A stretch of 64,000 bases of DNA, taken from the NCBI GenBank assembly GCA_030704615.1, contig CM060733.1, forward strand, positions 23,498,001 to 23,562,000, read 5' to 3'. Position 1 is the stretch's first letter; each line of letters starts with the position of its first letter. The position numbers were made by a program, and so were the translations under genes. The notes below the pieces were generated by a model that saw only the letters and a list, made by a program, of their open reading frames with translations, did not search any database and was not told the DNA's origin. Positions 63,382 through 64,000 of the stretch are shown here, piece after piece. This stretch comes from Takakia lepidozioides. Lineage: Eukaryota; Plantae; Bryophyta.

Positions 63382-64000
63382 ACTCTTGATCAGCTTTTGA
63401 TAAGAGATGCAGTGCACTTTCAAATTTTTTGATGAAGTTGCTTGAAGGTATTGTGATTGAAATTTCATTGTAGTCATGGCTGGAAACATATCATCTACTG
63501 ATTTATGTAGTGATTTGTATGTCTTCACATCCATAAGTTATATGGATATTTAGAAAATAAAATAAAATAAAAGAGGAATAGGGAAAATAGGGACATCCAT
63601 AGCTCTGAGCATTCAGTAGCCTTATAGAAATTAGCATAGTTAATTGCGAAGTCTAGCATGCTGTCTAATCATATTCAGTTGGATTGGAGATAAACCATCT
63701 TTTAGGACATTCTCACAACACTTTTACTTCAAATCCTTGATGCTAGGTTAAAAGTTTGGAATCATTGTGTAGTTCCGAGCACCAAGACATTATATTGTAA
63801 CTTCATGTTGTGCTCACACACCATGTCAACCCCATTTTCAACTTGATGAGTAACTAACTTAATTTTTCTACATAGAATGATATTCCTTCCATCAAACCAA
63901 AGACTAGTTTCATTGTATCGTAAGTAAGACTCTACTACATCGTACACAATGGACTACATGCAGTCAAATAAATGATTGTACGTCAATGATACATATTGTC

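Overview
Eukaryotic nuclear DNA from a land plant, probably a non-seed lineage (inferred from PLS-type PPR remnants, dirigent genes and the TE lineages). About 75% of the window is nested transposons. Host genes: an intact, intronless COG3/Sec34 (26013-28346, -) and two tandem two-exon dirigent-like genes (57358-58325, 62419-63381). There are also THI1, cytochrome P450 and PPR fragments. The main result is two unrelated methyltransferase-carrying mobile elements, one inside the other. (1) A Ty3/Gypsy-type family, three partial copies, has a DNMT3-like C5-cytosine methyltransferase between protease and RT and a PHD finger after the DDE integrase. It also has a probable self-priming PBS and an unusual split terminal repeat layout, A-ORFs-B-A-B, with an internal GACA-GC-TGTC junction. 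(2) An 11.5-kb Mutator-like DNA transposon (9-bp TSD) sits just upstream of that DNMT domain. Besides its GCM-like/MULE/SWIM transposase it carries a spliced gene for a ParB/Srx-like domain fused to a beta-class N4C/N6A DNA-methyltransferase-like domain. The two long introns of that gene hold arrays of a 22-bp palindrome. Both elements lie inside a Ty1/Copia element. Also present: a pogo-like derivative, a hAT MITE, an L1/Tx1-like LINE, a non-autonomous LTR element carrying a TTAA piggyBac-like insert, and a MULE-like MITE. All TE ORFs carry stops or frameshifts. Domain calls are by-eye motif recognition, not database searches.
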